DNA from: Bacteroidia bacterium
GTDB lineage: Bacteria > Bacteroidota > Bacteroidia > Cytophagales > JAAEPT01
Direction: 5' to 3'
NCBI GenBank assembly: GCA_030431525.1
Contig: JAUIJC010000001.1
Span: 5,901-69,900, forward strand
DNA length: 64,000 bases
Shown here one piece after another: positions 55,614-64,000 of this stretch; positions within the stretch are counted from its first letter, which is position 1; each line of letters begins with the position of its first letter. Made by a program: the position numbers and the translations under genes. A model generated the notes under the pieces. The model searched no databases. It was not told the DNA's origin and was given only the letters and a program-made list of their open reading frames with translations.

Positions 55614-57080
55614 TCACTTTTGGAGCAATTCGAAACAGGAAAGCAATTCCTCTCGGTCATCAAAATGATGACGTACTCCTTGAATTTCTTGATAATCCTC
55701 ATGGCCTTTGCCCGCAATCAAAACCACATCATGAGGATTGGCGAAAGAACACGCCAGCTTTATGGCTTCTCGACGGTCCTCAAGGGTAATGTTTTTCCTT
55801 CTGTCGGTAGGACTCAGCCCCGCTTCCATCTCCTTCAAAATTTCCTTTGGATCCTCCGAGCGAGGATTATCGGATGTCAACACCACTCGGTCGCTAAACT
55901 TGGCAGCAATGGCCGCCATTTTCGGGCGCTTCTCACGATCCCGATCACCACCACAACCAACCACGGTTATCACTTGACCACCACCTTTACACTCCTCAAT
56001 GGTTTTCAGTACATTCTCAAGGGCATCAGGCGTATGTGCATAGTCCACAATACCCAAAATTCCCGTGGAGGAAATCACTCTTTCAAATCGGCCTTTCGCC
56101 CCTTCCATTTTGGAAAGCACTGACAAGACTTCCATCGGATCCTCACCTAAAGAAACAGCCACACCATACACCGCCAGCAAATTGTAAGCATTGAATCTAC
56201 CTACCAGCTGGAACCAAACATTATGGCCGTCAAGCTCCATTTCCAAACCTTGAAGGGAATCCAAAACGATCTTCCCTTTAAAATCGGCCGGGCTCTTTAA
56301 TGCGAAATACATTTGCTTAGCATCCGTATTCTGCAACATCACCGAACCACGCTTATCATCACCATTCACCAAGGCAAAAGCATTCTTAGGCAATTCATCA
56401 AAGAAGCCTTTTTTCGCTTTTATGTACTCAGCAAAGGTCTTGTGGTAATCCAAATGGTCATGGGAGATATTGGTGAACACACCTCCATTGAAAACCAAGC
56501 CTGCAATCCTTCGCTGCACTACCGCATGAGAGCTGACCTCCATGAAGCAATGCGTGCAACCCTGTTGAAGCATCTCAGCCAATAAAGCATTCAACGAAAC
56601 AGGATCAGGGGTAGTCAAACTGGTTTTATAGACCTTATCCTCAATCTTATTTTCTACCGTGGAAAGCAAGCCACAGCGGTAGCCCAACTCCCTAAAAAGT
56701 TGAAACAACAAGGTCGCAACACTGGTCTTTCCATTTGTTCCGGTGATGCCTACCAGTTTCAGCTTTTCAGATGGTTTCCCATAAAAATTAGAGGCCAACT
56801 TGCCAACAGCCTCATGACTGTTCTGTACGGCCACATAGACGACACCCTCAACTGAAGCCTCAGGCAAGGTTTCACACACCACCACAGAGGCACCCAAGCT
56901 GATCGCCTTATCAATATAGTTATGGCCGTCGGCCAATGCCCCACGAACAGCGACAAAGGCAAAACCCTGTTCCACTTTCCTTGAATCCAAGGTTAATCCA
57001 GAAACAGGTTTATCTAGTTGCCCAACGGTCTGAACAACAGCAATTCCCTCTAAAAGAGCTTCAAGTAATATCACGTTCAA
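55614..57080 (-). CDS. murE: UDP-N-acetylmuramoyl-tripeptide ligase (meso-DAP/L-Lys adding)
   Basis: GITGTNGKTS P-loop and a C-terminal DNPR motif (TSDNPRSEDP). Confidence 0.9.
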   Translation of the reverse strand: MNVILLEALLEGIAVVQTVGQLDKPVSGLTLDSRKVEQGFAFVAVRGALADGHNYIDKAISLGASVVVCETLPEASVEGVVYVAVQNSHEAVGKLASNFYGKPSEKLKLVGITGTNGKTSVATLLFQLFRELGYRCGLLSTVENKIEDKVYKTSLTTPDPVSLNALLAEMLQQGCTHCFMEVSSHAVVQRRIAGLVFNGGVFTNISHDHLDYHKTFAEYIKAKKGFFDELPKNAFALVNGDDKRGSVMLQNTDAKQMYFALKSPADFKGKIVLDSLQGLEMELDGHNVWFQLVGRFNAYNLLAVYGVAVSLGEDPMEVLSVLSKMEGAKGRFERVISSTGILGIVDYAHTPDALENVLKTIEECKGGGQVITVVGCGGDRDREKRPKMAAIAAKFSDRVVLTSDNPRSEDPKEILKEMEAGLSPTDRRKNITLEDRREAIKLACSFANPHDVVLIAGKGHEDYQEIQGVRHHFDDREELLSCFELLQK

Positions 57081-57098
57081 AACTATTTTAAAAATGGC

Positions 57099-59282
57099 CT
57101 ATTCCATGTAGAGACGCATCACACTTCCTGGCAACAATAACACATCGGGTTGTTGGGACTGCCGTTTCACCTTGCCGAGCTTATTCCCAGAAACTTCTAC
57201 TTTCAAACCCAAGCCTTCCAAAATCGGCAAAGCATCTCTCAAAGTCATACCTTGCACATCTGGCACCTTGTTGCGATCAAAGGTCAACGGCTTCATCTTC
57301 ACCTTTCCTTTTGAGGATTGGGAAGCAGAAACGAATGTTGGCCCCAATCGAACAACTGAGGAATCAACATCAAGTCCAACCGACTGCGCCACGGCCATCA
57401 AATCTTTGATATGCCCACGTCCAGCTTGAAGGCGAAGCTTCTTGCTCGTCTCAGGGAATTGAGCAACCAATACTGGATCCAAAAGGAAGATCTTATCAGC
57501 AATCTCACGGAATACCGGCGCGGCTACCGCACTACCGTATTTCTTTTCGGATTGCGGACGCTCAATGGCCACAATCATTGAGTAGCGTGGATTCGTGGCA
57601 GGGAAAAATCCTGCAAAGGAGGTGTAATACTCTTGAATATATTCCCCATTCTCAAGAATCTTGGCTGTGCCCGTTTTTCCAGCAATACCATAAGCCTCTG
57701 AGCGAATTCCCTTGGCTGTACCACGCTCCACAACCCCTTCCAAGCAAACTCGAAGTTTTTGCAGAGTTTCCTGAGAACACATTTTCGGGGAGATGACTTT
57801 TGCCTCGTAGTTGTTTATACTTTGACCGCCCTTGCTCACTTTTCTAACCAAAAGTGGTTGTAGCACCTTTCCATCGTTGGCCACTCCGTTGTAAAGCGCT
57901 AACACCTGAAGCGGCGTTAAATCCAACTCATAACCAATGGACATCCAGGGCAAGGTAACACCACTCCAACGTTCATCTGGATTGCTCGGGTTTTTAATCT
58001 TAGGCTGTCCTTCTCCTGCAAGTTGGACCCCCAATGGCCTCGTCAAACCTGCCTTCGCCAAATAGGCGTAAAACCGTTCTTGACCACCAGCATCGGACGA
58101 AAAATAGCGATCAGCGAGCCTTGCCACTCCAACGTTTGAGGACTTCTCGAGCACCTGTTGAATCGTCAACACTCCCTCACCATCCTCATAGGTGTGGTCG
58201 TCCTTCATCTCCTTGTCATAAAACTTGTGAATACCCGTTCCCACATGGATGGTATCATCAAGTCCCAAACCCTTCGCCTCTTCCAAAATGGCCATCAATG
58301 AAGCCAACTTAAAAGTGGAACCTGGCGCAGTACTTTCACCCACGGCATAGTTCAGGCCTTCCCAGTATTTCCCAGTTAGTTCTCCCTTCTTCTTTTCCGC
58401 CGTCAAACTGGCCATGGCCTTAATTTCACCCGTAGCCACCTCCATCAAAACAACCGTTCCTTTGTGGGCCATATGGGTTTTCATAGCATCCATCAAGGCA
58501 GTCTCCACCACCTCTTGCATACTCACATCCAAGGTAGTGTGAATATCCAAACCATCCACAGGATCCAATTCATTCTGATCCTTCAGCGGCTTCCAAAAGC
58601 CACCAGGAAGACGGGAAAACAAAGCTTTTCCAGGCTGACCTGCCAACACACCATTGAAGGTATGCTCCAAGCCATACTGTTTATCCCTTACAGTGTCCTC
58701 CACCCCAATGGTTCTGCGCGCCAGATACCCAAAAGGACGGTGCCTTTCCTCCACGCGCTCGAAGATGATTCCTCCCTTCATCTGACCAGCCCTAAAAATA
58801 GGCCAGCGCATCATCCTCAACTTTTCCTCATGAGTAATTAGCTTTCGGCTTAGCAACAAGTATTGGCTGCTATCCAAACGGGCGCGTTCAATTCGTTCAC
58901 GGTAGTAACGAGGGCTTTCGTCTTGAAAAAATCCAGAAAGGCTGTCACAGAGGGCTTGAATCCCTTCTTCAAAAATGACCCGCCTTGAATTTCGTGGATC
59001 CTCATTGACAGAGCGGCTCGGATCAAATGCCACGCGATAGAATGGTAGAGAAGTAAGCAAAAGGCTGCCATCCGCAGCATAAATATTTCCTCTTGGCGCA
59101 GGCACCTCACCCAATTTCAAATACCGTTGGGAGGCTCTTTCCATCCATTCTTGATTGGAAAAATACTGGATATCCACGATGCGGTAAACCACCATCAATG
59201 CGAATACACAGACCATCAAAAAGGCCACTCGGACCCTCAACAATATTGATTTCTTAAAATTAGGGTTAGAGGATGTCGCCAT
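57099..59282 (-). CDS. ftsI: class B penicillin-binding protein (division transpeptidase) with C-terminal PASTA domain
   Basis: N-terminal TM anchor, STFK active-site serine motif (GSTFKL), SSN and KTGT motifs, C-terminal PASTA-like segment. Confidence 0.8.
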   Translation of the reverse strand: MATSSNPNFKKSILLRVRVAFLMVCVFALMVVYRIVDIQYFSNQEWMERASQRYLKLGEVPAPRGNIYAADGSLLLTSLPFYRVAFDPSRSVNEDPRNSRRVIFEEGIQALCDSLSGFFQDESPRYYRERIERARLDSSQYLLLSRKLITHEEKLRMMRWPIFRAGQMKGGIIFERVEERHRPFGYLARRTIGVEDTVRDKQYGLEHTFNGVLAGQPGKALFSRLPGGFWKPLKDQNELDPVDGLDIHTTLDVSMQEVVETALMDAMKTHMAHKGTVVLMEVATGEIKAMASLTAEKKKGELTGKYWEGLNYAVGESTAPGSTFKLASLMAILEEAKGLGLDDTIHVGTGIHKFYDKEMKDDHTYEDGEGVLTIQQVLEKSSNVGVARLADRYFSSDAGGQERFYAYLAKAGLTRPLGVQLAGEGQPKIKNPSNPDERWSGVTLPWMSIGYELDLTPLQVLALYNGVANDGKVLQPLLVRKVSKGGQSINNYEAKVISPKMCSQETLQKLRVCLEGVVERGTAKGIRSEAYGIAGKTGTAKILENGEYIQEYYTSFAGFFPATNPRYSMIVAIERPQSEKKYGSAVAAPVFREIADKIFLLDPVLVAQFPETSKKLRLQAGRGHIKDLMAVAQSVGLDVDSSVVRLGPTFVSASQSSKGKVKMKPLTFDRNKVPDVQGMTLRDALPILEGLGLKVEVSGNKLGKVKRQSQQPDVLLLPGSVMRLYME

Positions 59283-59301
59283 AGTTGAATGCTATAAATT
59301 T

Positions 59302-59676
59302 CTATTCGGCCTTCAGGGTGTAAATTTTTCCTTTATCCTCACCCAAGCCAATACGGGAAGCTCGTTCTACAATTTTCGAACGCCGTCCCTCACCCATTAA
59401 CTCTTTTTTCAAGGTTTTGTAATCGGCTTTCAACAGGTTCACCTCCTTTTCCAAAGCCACATATTCACGCACAGTTCGGTCCGAATGGTGTCCGTTCCAT
59501 ACATATAGCACCCCCAAAAAAGTCAGATACAAGGCTGGAAGCAAAACGTGAATTGGAATACCATTTTCCAGCACACCAAAGGAACTCATCAAGTCCTCAA
59601 TGCGAGTGAAAATGGATTTGCTTGCCCTTTCCTGTTGCTCTTCCGACTGGGGCGTTCTTACTTGGTTTCGTCCCAT
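59302..59676 (-). CDS. ftsL: FtsL-like cell division protein
   Basis: 124-aa protein with a single TM plus coiled coil, between rsmH and the PBP gene. 19-bp overlap with rsmH. Confidence 0.5.
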   Translation of the reverse strand: MGRNQVRTPQSEEQQERASKSIFTRIEDLMSSFGVLENGIPIHVLLPALYLTFLGVLYVWNGHHSDRTVREYVALEKEVNLLKADYKTLKKELMGEGRRSKIVERASRIGLGEDKGKIYTLKAE

Positions 59677-60593
59677 ACAAAATCATTTCTTTTGGCCACT
59701 CGGAATTTTGCGCTCCGAGCCCGAGGATTCCGAAGGATTTCTTCCTCCGTTGGAATCAAAGGCTTCCGAGTCACGGGATCCAAAGGCTTAAGCGGATTCC
59801 CGTAAAAGTCCTTTTCCAATGCTCCGTGGAATTTTCCTTTCTGAATAAAGTTCTTCACCAATCGGTCTTCAAGCGAGTGGTATGAAATCACCACCAAACG
59901 ACCCTCTGGATTCAACACCTCCACCGACTGCTGCAACATATTTTCCAAGGCGCCCAACTCATCATTCACCACAATCCGAAGTGCCTGAAAAACCTGCGCA
60001 AAATATTTCATTTGCTTTCCCCTTGGGGCAAGACTTTCCAAAACTTTCATCAAGTCCTCTACCGTTTCCATGGCGAAATTTGATCGCTCACGGACAATGG
60101 CCGCAGCCAAAGACTTGGCATTTTTTACTTCTCCATAGATGCCGAAAATGCGGTGAAGTTCCTTCTCCTCATATTCATTCAACACCTCCTTGGCCGAAAC
60201 TCCAGCTTCTTGGTTCATGCGCATGTCCAATTCCGCCTCCTTGAAACGGAAGGAAAATCCACGGCTCTCCTCATCAAACTGATGTGACGAGACGCCAATA
60301 TCAGCCAAGATGCCATCAACCTTGCTCACGCCATGAAGGCGCAAATACTTTTGAAGAAAACGGAAGTTGGCAGGCACAAAGGTGAACCCTGGATGGTCAA
60401 TTCCCTCGGCATTTTTAGCAGCATCTTGGTCTTGGTCGAAGGAAAAAAGTCTTCCTCCATCCAACTTTTCCAAGATGGCACGGCTATGCCCCCCTCCACC
60501 AAACGTCACATCTACATAAACCCCATCAGGGCGAATGGCCAGACCCTCAAGGCTCTCGGCCAACATCACAGGAACATGATAGTCCATTTCCAC
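59658..60593 (-). CDS. rsmH: 16S rRNA (cytosine1402-N4)-methyltransferase RsmH (MraW)
   Basis: HVPVMLAESLEGL...VDVTFGGGGHS SAM motif, 311 aa. Confidence 0.9.
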   Translation of the reverse strand: MEMDYHVPVMLAESLEGLAIRPDGVYVDVTFGGGGHSRAILEKLDGGRLFSFDQDQDAAKNAEGIDHPGFTFVPANFRFLQKYLRLHGVSKVDGILADIGVSSHQFDEESRGFSFRFKEAELDMRMNQEAGVSAKEVLNEYEEKELHRIFGIYGEVKNAKSLAAAIVRERSNFAMETVEDLMKVLESLAPRGKQMKYFAQVFQALRIVVNDELGALENMLQQSVEVLNPEGRLVVISYHSLEDRLVKNFIQKGKFHGALEKDFYGNPLKPLDPVTRKPLIPTEEEILRNPRARSAKFRVAKRNDFVWDETK

Positions 60594-60665
60594 AACTCAA
60601 CACTTTGTACCAAAGACAAATATACACAGAAAAAATACGGCCTCTACCTCTCGCCTGAGAAGGCC

Positions 60666-60710
60666 AAAAAAAGAAAAAGCCTGACTGGTTTATGAAAACC
60701 TGTCAGGCTT
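60666..60710 (-). terminator. intrinsic terminator after the TerB-like gene (upstream of the rsmH promoter)
   Basis: On the minus strand, AAGCCTGAC-(16 nt)-GTCAGGCTT followed by TTTCTTTTTTTGG. Confidence 0.5.
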
Positions 60711-60744
60711 GTCTCTCGAAAGAAACTGGTGTTTATTCAACTAT

Positions 60745-61194
60745 TTAGTAGTTGATGAACGCCTCTGCCTCTTTCAAAATTTCCTTTTTGGAAAGTCCTT
60801 CAGAGATACCACGCTGAATTTTGCTCACCAAAACACCAACGATGATTTTACGGAAGCCAAGACGGTTAGCCAACATCATGCAGAAATCAGTCTCCGCATC
60901 GTTCACCTCGTCGTCCTTCAACATCATCACAACCAAGTCAAACAACTGGTCGAACTTCGCTTCCTTAGATTTAGGAATCACGATGTCAACAGAAGTTGGG
61001 CTGTCGATGATTTTCTTGATATCGCTATCAGAAAGACCGTTTTCGCGACCAACTTTCTTGATGAACTTCTCTTCTTTTTTATGAACCACACCGTCGGACT
61101 GGGCCAAACGCACCAAGTGACGGATATGGGACTTTACCAATTTTTTCTCCGCAGACTCAAAGAAACTGAACATAACAGTACAATTTGTTAACAC
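60745..61194 (-). CDS. TerB-like (DjlA N-terminal domain-like) protein; not MraZ
   Basis: Two ADG-like repeats (QSDGVVHKKEEKFIKKVGRENGLSDSDIKKII and KDDEVNDAETDFCMMLANRLGF) typical of the TerB fold. No duplicated MraZ DxxGR motif. Confidence 0.45.
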   Translation of the reverse strand: MLTNCTVMFSFFESAEKKLVKSHIRHLVRLAQSDGVVHKKEEKFIKKVGRENGLSDSDIKKIIDSPTSVDIVIPKSKEAKFDQLFDLVVMMLKDDEVNDAETDFCMMLANRLGFRKIIVGVLVSKIQRGISEGLSKKEILKEAEAFINY

Positions 61195-61220
61195 GTTAGG
61201 TCAAGCCCAAAAAAGGACTT

Positions 61221-61242
61221 AAAACCGAGCTATTCCGCTCGG
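61221..61242 (-). terminator. weak putative terminator after polyprenyl synthase gene
   Basis: On the minus strand, CCGAGCggaataGCTCGG followed by TTTTAAGTCCTTTTTT. Confidence 0.3.
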
Positions 61243-61250
61243 AAGATACA

Positions 61251-62237
61251 TTATTTTTTTCGCTCTGTGGTATAGCGGACAATTTGTTCCAAGGAACGCT
61301 TTTCTGGGGAATCAGGAAACTCCTCCAAAATTGCCATGGCTTCTGCCACATAACGGTGCATTACTTCTTCGGCATATTGCAAGCCTCCCGACTCCTTCAC
61401 AAACTGAATTACCTCACTAACTGTGGCTGGATTATCAGCACCATACTTCACAGTCATCACCATCTTTTTGCGCTTCAACCAAGAGCATTTGCTCAAAGCG
61501 TAAATCAACGGAAGGGTCATTTTGCGCTCTTTGATGTCAATACCAAGTGGCTTTCCAACCTCGTCAGTACCGAAGTCAAACAAGTCATCCTTGATTTGGA
61601 ATGCCATGCCCACCTTCTCACCAAAGAGACGCAACTTTTCAACCTGTTCGGGAGTACTGCCTACCGAGGCGGCGCCAACCGCACAACAAGAGGCAATCAA
61701 GGATGCCGTCTTTTGGCGAATCACCTCGAAGTAAACATCCTCGGTGATATCAAGACGACGGGCCTTTTCAATCTGCAATAGCTCACCCTCACTCATCTCC
61801 CGTACAGCGTGGGAAACATGGCGAAGCAAATCGAAATCGTTGTTATCCACAGATAACAAGAGTCCCTTCGAAAGCAGGTAATCACCTACCAACACCGCCA
61901 CCTTGCTGTTCCACAAAGCGTTCAATGAAAAGAATCCACGGCGATAGTTAGCCTCATCCACCACATCATCATGAACCAATGTGGCGGTATGCAACAATTC
62001 AATCAAAGCGGCACCACGATAACTCGCCTCCGTCACTTCCCCACACAATTTGGCCGTCAAGAACACAAACATTGGACGCATTTGCTTCCCCTTGCGCTTG
62101 ACAATGTAGTTCATGATTTTGTCAAGCAAGAAGGCATCGCTCTTGAGCGTCTGCTCAAACAAGCCTTCAAACTTGGCCAATTCTTCCTCAATCGGGGCTT
62201 TTATGTCGTTTGCGGTAACCGCCATCTGTATGCGCAC
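61251..62237 (-). CDS. polyprenyl diphosphate synthase (trans-IPPS, octaprenyl/solanesyl type)
   Basis: First DDxxD (LVHDDVVDEANYRRG) and second DDxxD (FQIKDDLFDF) motifs, 328 aa. Confidence 0.85.
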   Translation of the reverse strand: MRIQMAVTANDIKAPIEEELAKFEGLFEQTLKSDAFLLDKIMNYIVKRKGKQMRPMFVFLTAKLCGEVTEASYRGAALIELLHTATLVHDDVVDEANYRRGFFSLNALWNSKVAVLVGDYLLSKGLLLSVDNNDFDLLRHVSHAVREMSEGELLQIEKARRLDITEDVYFEVIRQKTASLIASCCAVGAASVGSTPEQVEKLRLFGEKVGMAFQIKDDLFDFGTDEVGKPLGIDIKERKMTLPLIYALSKCSWLKRKKMVMTVKYGADNPATVSEVIQFVKESGGLQYAEEVMHRYVAEAMAILEEFPDSPEKRSLEQIVRYTTERKK

Positions 62238-62334
62238 TCAATAACAAAGACCTGAGGGCCTTTCTGAAAAACTGTCCTTTTCTCGCGCCACACTTATCTC
62301 CCATTCATAGTTGGGAAACTCGAAAATTTGAAAA

Positions 62335-63246
62335 ATGAGTGTACTTTTATCACCCACTTTCATTCATCAACGGACCATGGCGGATATCAGAAAATTCGGG
62401 GATAAAGTACTCAATTCAAAACACGGGAATAAAAAAATCACCTTTGACCTTCGGTTCATCCCGAGCCAAAAGCCCGTTCCTCTGGTTATTTTCTTACACG
62501 GCTTTAAAGGCTTCAAGGACTGGGGGCACTTTAACTTGATGGCCGACGAATTTGCCCAACAAGGGTTTGCTGTTCTCAAGATGAACTTTTCCCACAATGG
62601 CACCAGCCCTTCCCATCCCATTGATTTTATTGACCTTGAAGCCTTTGGCAACAATAATTTCAGCATCGAACTGGACGATGTGGATGTTGTCATTGAGCAT
62701 CTTTTTTCCACGAATGAAGAGTGGATTCAAAACATTGACCTGAGCCAACTTTTCATCATTGGCCACAGCAAGGGAGGCGCTACCGCATTAATCAAAGGCT
62801 TGGAAGATTCTCGAATAAAAGCTGTCGGGACGTTGGCGAGTGTGCTATTTGTCAAAGAGCGCTATTCCCAAGACTTGGAGGATTGGAAGGAAAAAGGAGT
62901 CAAATTCATTTGGAACGGGCGCACGGAACAAAACATGCCATTGTATTTCCAACTCGCCGAAGATGTCTTGAAAAACAGCGACCGCTTCAATCTCCCCCAC
63001 TTATTACAAGATTACCCGAAGCCTGCTCTTTTAGTCCATGGCACCGCTGATGAAGCAGTAGCCTTCTCAGAAACAGACCTTATTAAAGAGGACAATCCCT
63101 CAGTAAAAGTTGTCGCCATCGAGGGAGCCAACCACACCTTTGGAGGCAAACACCCTTATGACATCAATGCCTTACCGCATGATTCCAAAACAGCAGTCCA
63201 CTTGCTTAGTGATTTTTTTCACGACCATGTAATAAAAAACCCCTAA
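62335..63246 (+). CDS. alpha/beta hydrolase (dienelactone hydrolase/peptidase S9-like)
   Basis: FLHGFKGF oxyanion region, nucleophile elbow GHSKGG, C-terminal His (GANHTF). Start may be the ATG at 62380. Confidence 0.7.
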   Translation: MSVLLSPTFIHQRTMADIRKFGDKVLNSKHGNKKITFDLRFIPSQKPVPLVIFLHGFKGFKDWGHFNLMADEFAQQGFAVLKMNFSHNGTSPSHPIDFIDLEAFGNNNFSIELDDVDVVIEHLFSTNEEWIQNIDLSQLFIIGHSKGGATALIKGLEDSRIKAVGTLASVLFVKERYSQDLEDWKEKGVKFIWNGRTEQNMPLYFQLAEDVLKNSDRFNLPHLLQDYPKPALLVHGTADEAVAFSETDLIKEDNPSVKVVAIEGANHTFGGKHPYDINALPHDSKTAVHLLSDFFHDHVIKNP

Positions 63247-63395
63247 AACAAACTAAACAAGGTGATTTTCAGACGCATAATGCCTCACCATGGAGGTAGA
63301 CAAAAACGGATATCTGTAAGTTTTTGAACCAAACCTGCTAATAATTTTGTACTTTCGGAAGATTGTCTCCTCTAAAAAGTCACTGAATTTTAGAT

Positions 63396-64000
63396 ATGGC
63401 GTTAAATTTCATCCAACCAAGATTCCAGAATCATTCTTGCCAAAAGTTTGACAAAACGCTTCGTCAACGGGTAAATGAATACTTTGATTCTAAAGGAATT
63501 GACCGCTACGGCAACCGCCAAATGGTGTTCAAAGCCACCCTCATGCTGAGCCTATTCTTCGTTCCGCTCCTCATGATGATTACTGGCGTGGTCACCAACC
63601 CTTGGCTCGTCTATGCTTGTTGGTTGGTTATGGGCTTGGGAAATAGTGGTATCGGACTGTGCATCATGCACGACGCCAACCATGACGTCTTTTCCAAGAA
63701 AAGATGGATTAACAAATGGATGGGCAAAACGCTCAACTTGGTTGGCGGAAATGCCGAGATGTGGAAAATCCAGCACAATGTGCTTCACCACACCTACACC
63801 AACATCGAAGGCATCGACCGAGACATCGATGCTCCAGCCTTCCTCCGTTTTTCCCCGCATAAGAAAAGACTACGAATCCACCGTTTCCAACACCTTTACG
63901 CTTGGTTTTTCTACGGACTTTCCACCCTTCCTTGGGTGATTGTGAATGACTTCGTTCAGTTCCGAGATTATAACCGCCAAGGGCTTTTGAAAGGCAATAA
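63396..64000 (+). CDS. membrane fatty-acid desaturase, 5' partial (runs off the window)
   Basis: Manual translation of frame 3: His box 1 HDANHD, His box 2 HNVLHHTYTN, TM segments. No stop before 64000. Absent from the ORF track because it is incomplete. Confidence 0.75.
   Translation, partial: MALNFIQPRFQNHSCQKFDKTLRQRVNEYFDSKGIDRYGNRQMVFKATLMLSLFFVPLLMMITGVVTNPWLVYACWLVMGLGNSGIGLCIMHDANHDVFSKKRWINKWMGKTLNLVGGNAEMWKIQHNVLHHTYTNIEGIDRDIDAPAFLRFSPHKKRLRIHRFQHLYAWFFYGLSTLPWVIVNDFVQFRDYNRQGLLKGN

Noticed and set aside
60709-61191. 160-aa plus-strand ORF
   Set aside because: Almost exactly antisense to the TerB-like gene. The minus-strand gene is favoured because it is co-directional with the cluster and followed by a terminator.
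60745-61194. Initial expectation that the ORF upstream of rsmH is mraZ
   Set aside because: The sequence lacks the duplicated MraZ motifs and shows TerB-like ADG repeats. It is separated from rsmH by its own terminator.
1-64000. Scan for CRISPR arrays, tRNA and rRNA genes
   Set aside because: There are no regularly spaced direct repeats with unique spacers. No tRNA-like T-arm (GGTTCGAATCC) or acceptor structures and no rRNA-like conserved blocks were recognised by eye. A tRNAscan/Infernal run would be needed to be certain.

Overview
The window appears to be a chromosomal segment from a Bacteroidota-type genome, and nearly all of it is protein-coding. Genes typically lack Shine-Dalgarno sequences and sit behind A-rich leaders. 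The 3' third (45.0-61.2 kb, minus strand) is a canonical division/cell-wall (dcw) cluster: rsmH-ftsL-PBP(ftsI)-murE-mraY-murD-ftsW-murG-murC-ftsQ-ftsA-ftsZ. No mraZ is present; a TerB-like gene sits where it would be. Housekeeping genes flank it: tgt, LptF/G permease, GT2, two tandem ECF sigma factors, rsmG, trxA, a polyprenyl synthetase, an alpha/beta hydrolase and a partial fatty-acid desaturase at the 3' edge.

The 5' quarter (2.0-14.6 kb, minus strand) is the most unusual part. It is a ~12.5 kb co-directional array that reads MoxR-like AAA ATPase, a DUF5682/YehM-like protein split into two ORFs, a Cys-rich 186-aa protein, a vWA protein, a DUF2132-like 88-aa protein, a double-SWIM zinc-finger protein, two small hypotheticals, and an 1181-aa TPR + DUF4132 (MolR/YehI-like) protein. 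This matches an expanded version of the uncharacterised E. coli yehI/yehLMPQ module. Almost every gene junction in this array carries members of a palindromic repeat family (ATTTCGCCCTTACAGGGCT stem-loops plus small ATAGGA/TCCTAT and CGTAGGG/CCCTACG hairpins). A 19-27 bp perfect palindrome sits in the divergent promoter at the upstream end of the array.

The middle of the window holds three further modules:
- A polyamine module: a Tat-lipoprotein FAD amine-oxidase-like gene, a membrane-fused spermidine-synthase-like gene, and speH-like AdoMetDC.
- A membrane-stress module: DUF2170-like, PspA/IM30, YqiJ/NfeD-like and flotillin genes, with a divergent XRE/LexA-like regulator. Nearby lie yjf-like DUF4178/lipoprotein/DUF350-like genes.
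- A giant (~1840 aa) coiled-coil AAA+ protein with a small 2-TM partner. Its upstream region was invaded by a GIY-YIG nuclease gene bracketed by ~100-bp direct repeats.

Several intrinsic terminators were located. No rRNA, tRNA or CRISPR was detected by eye.
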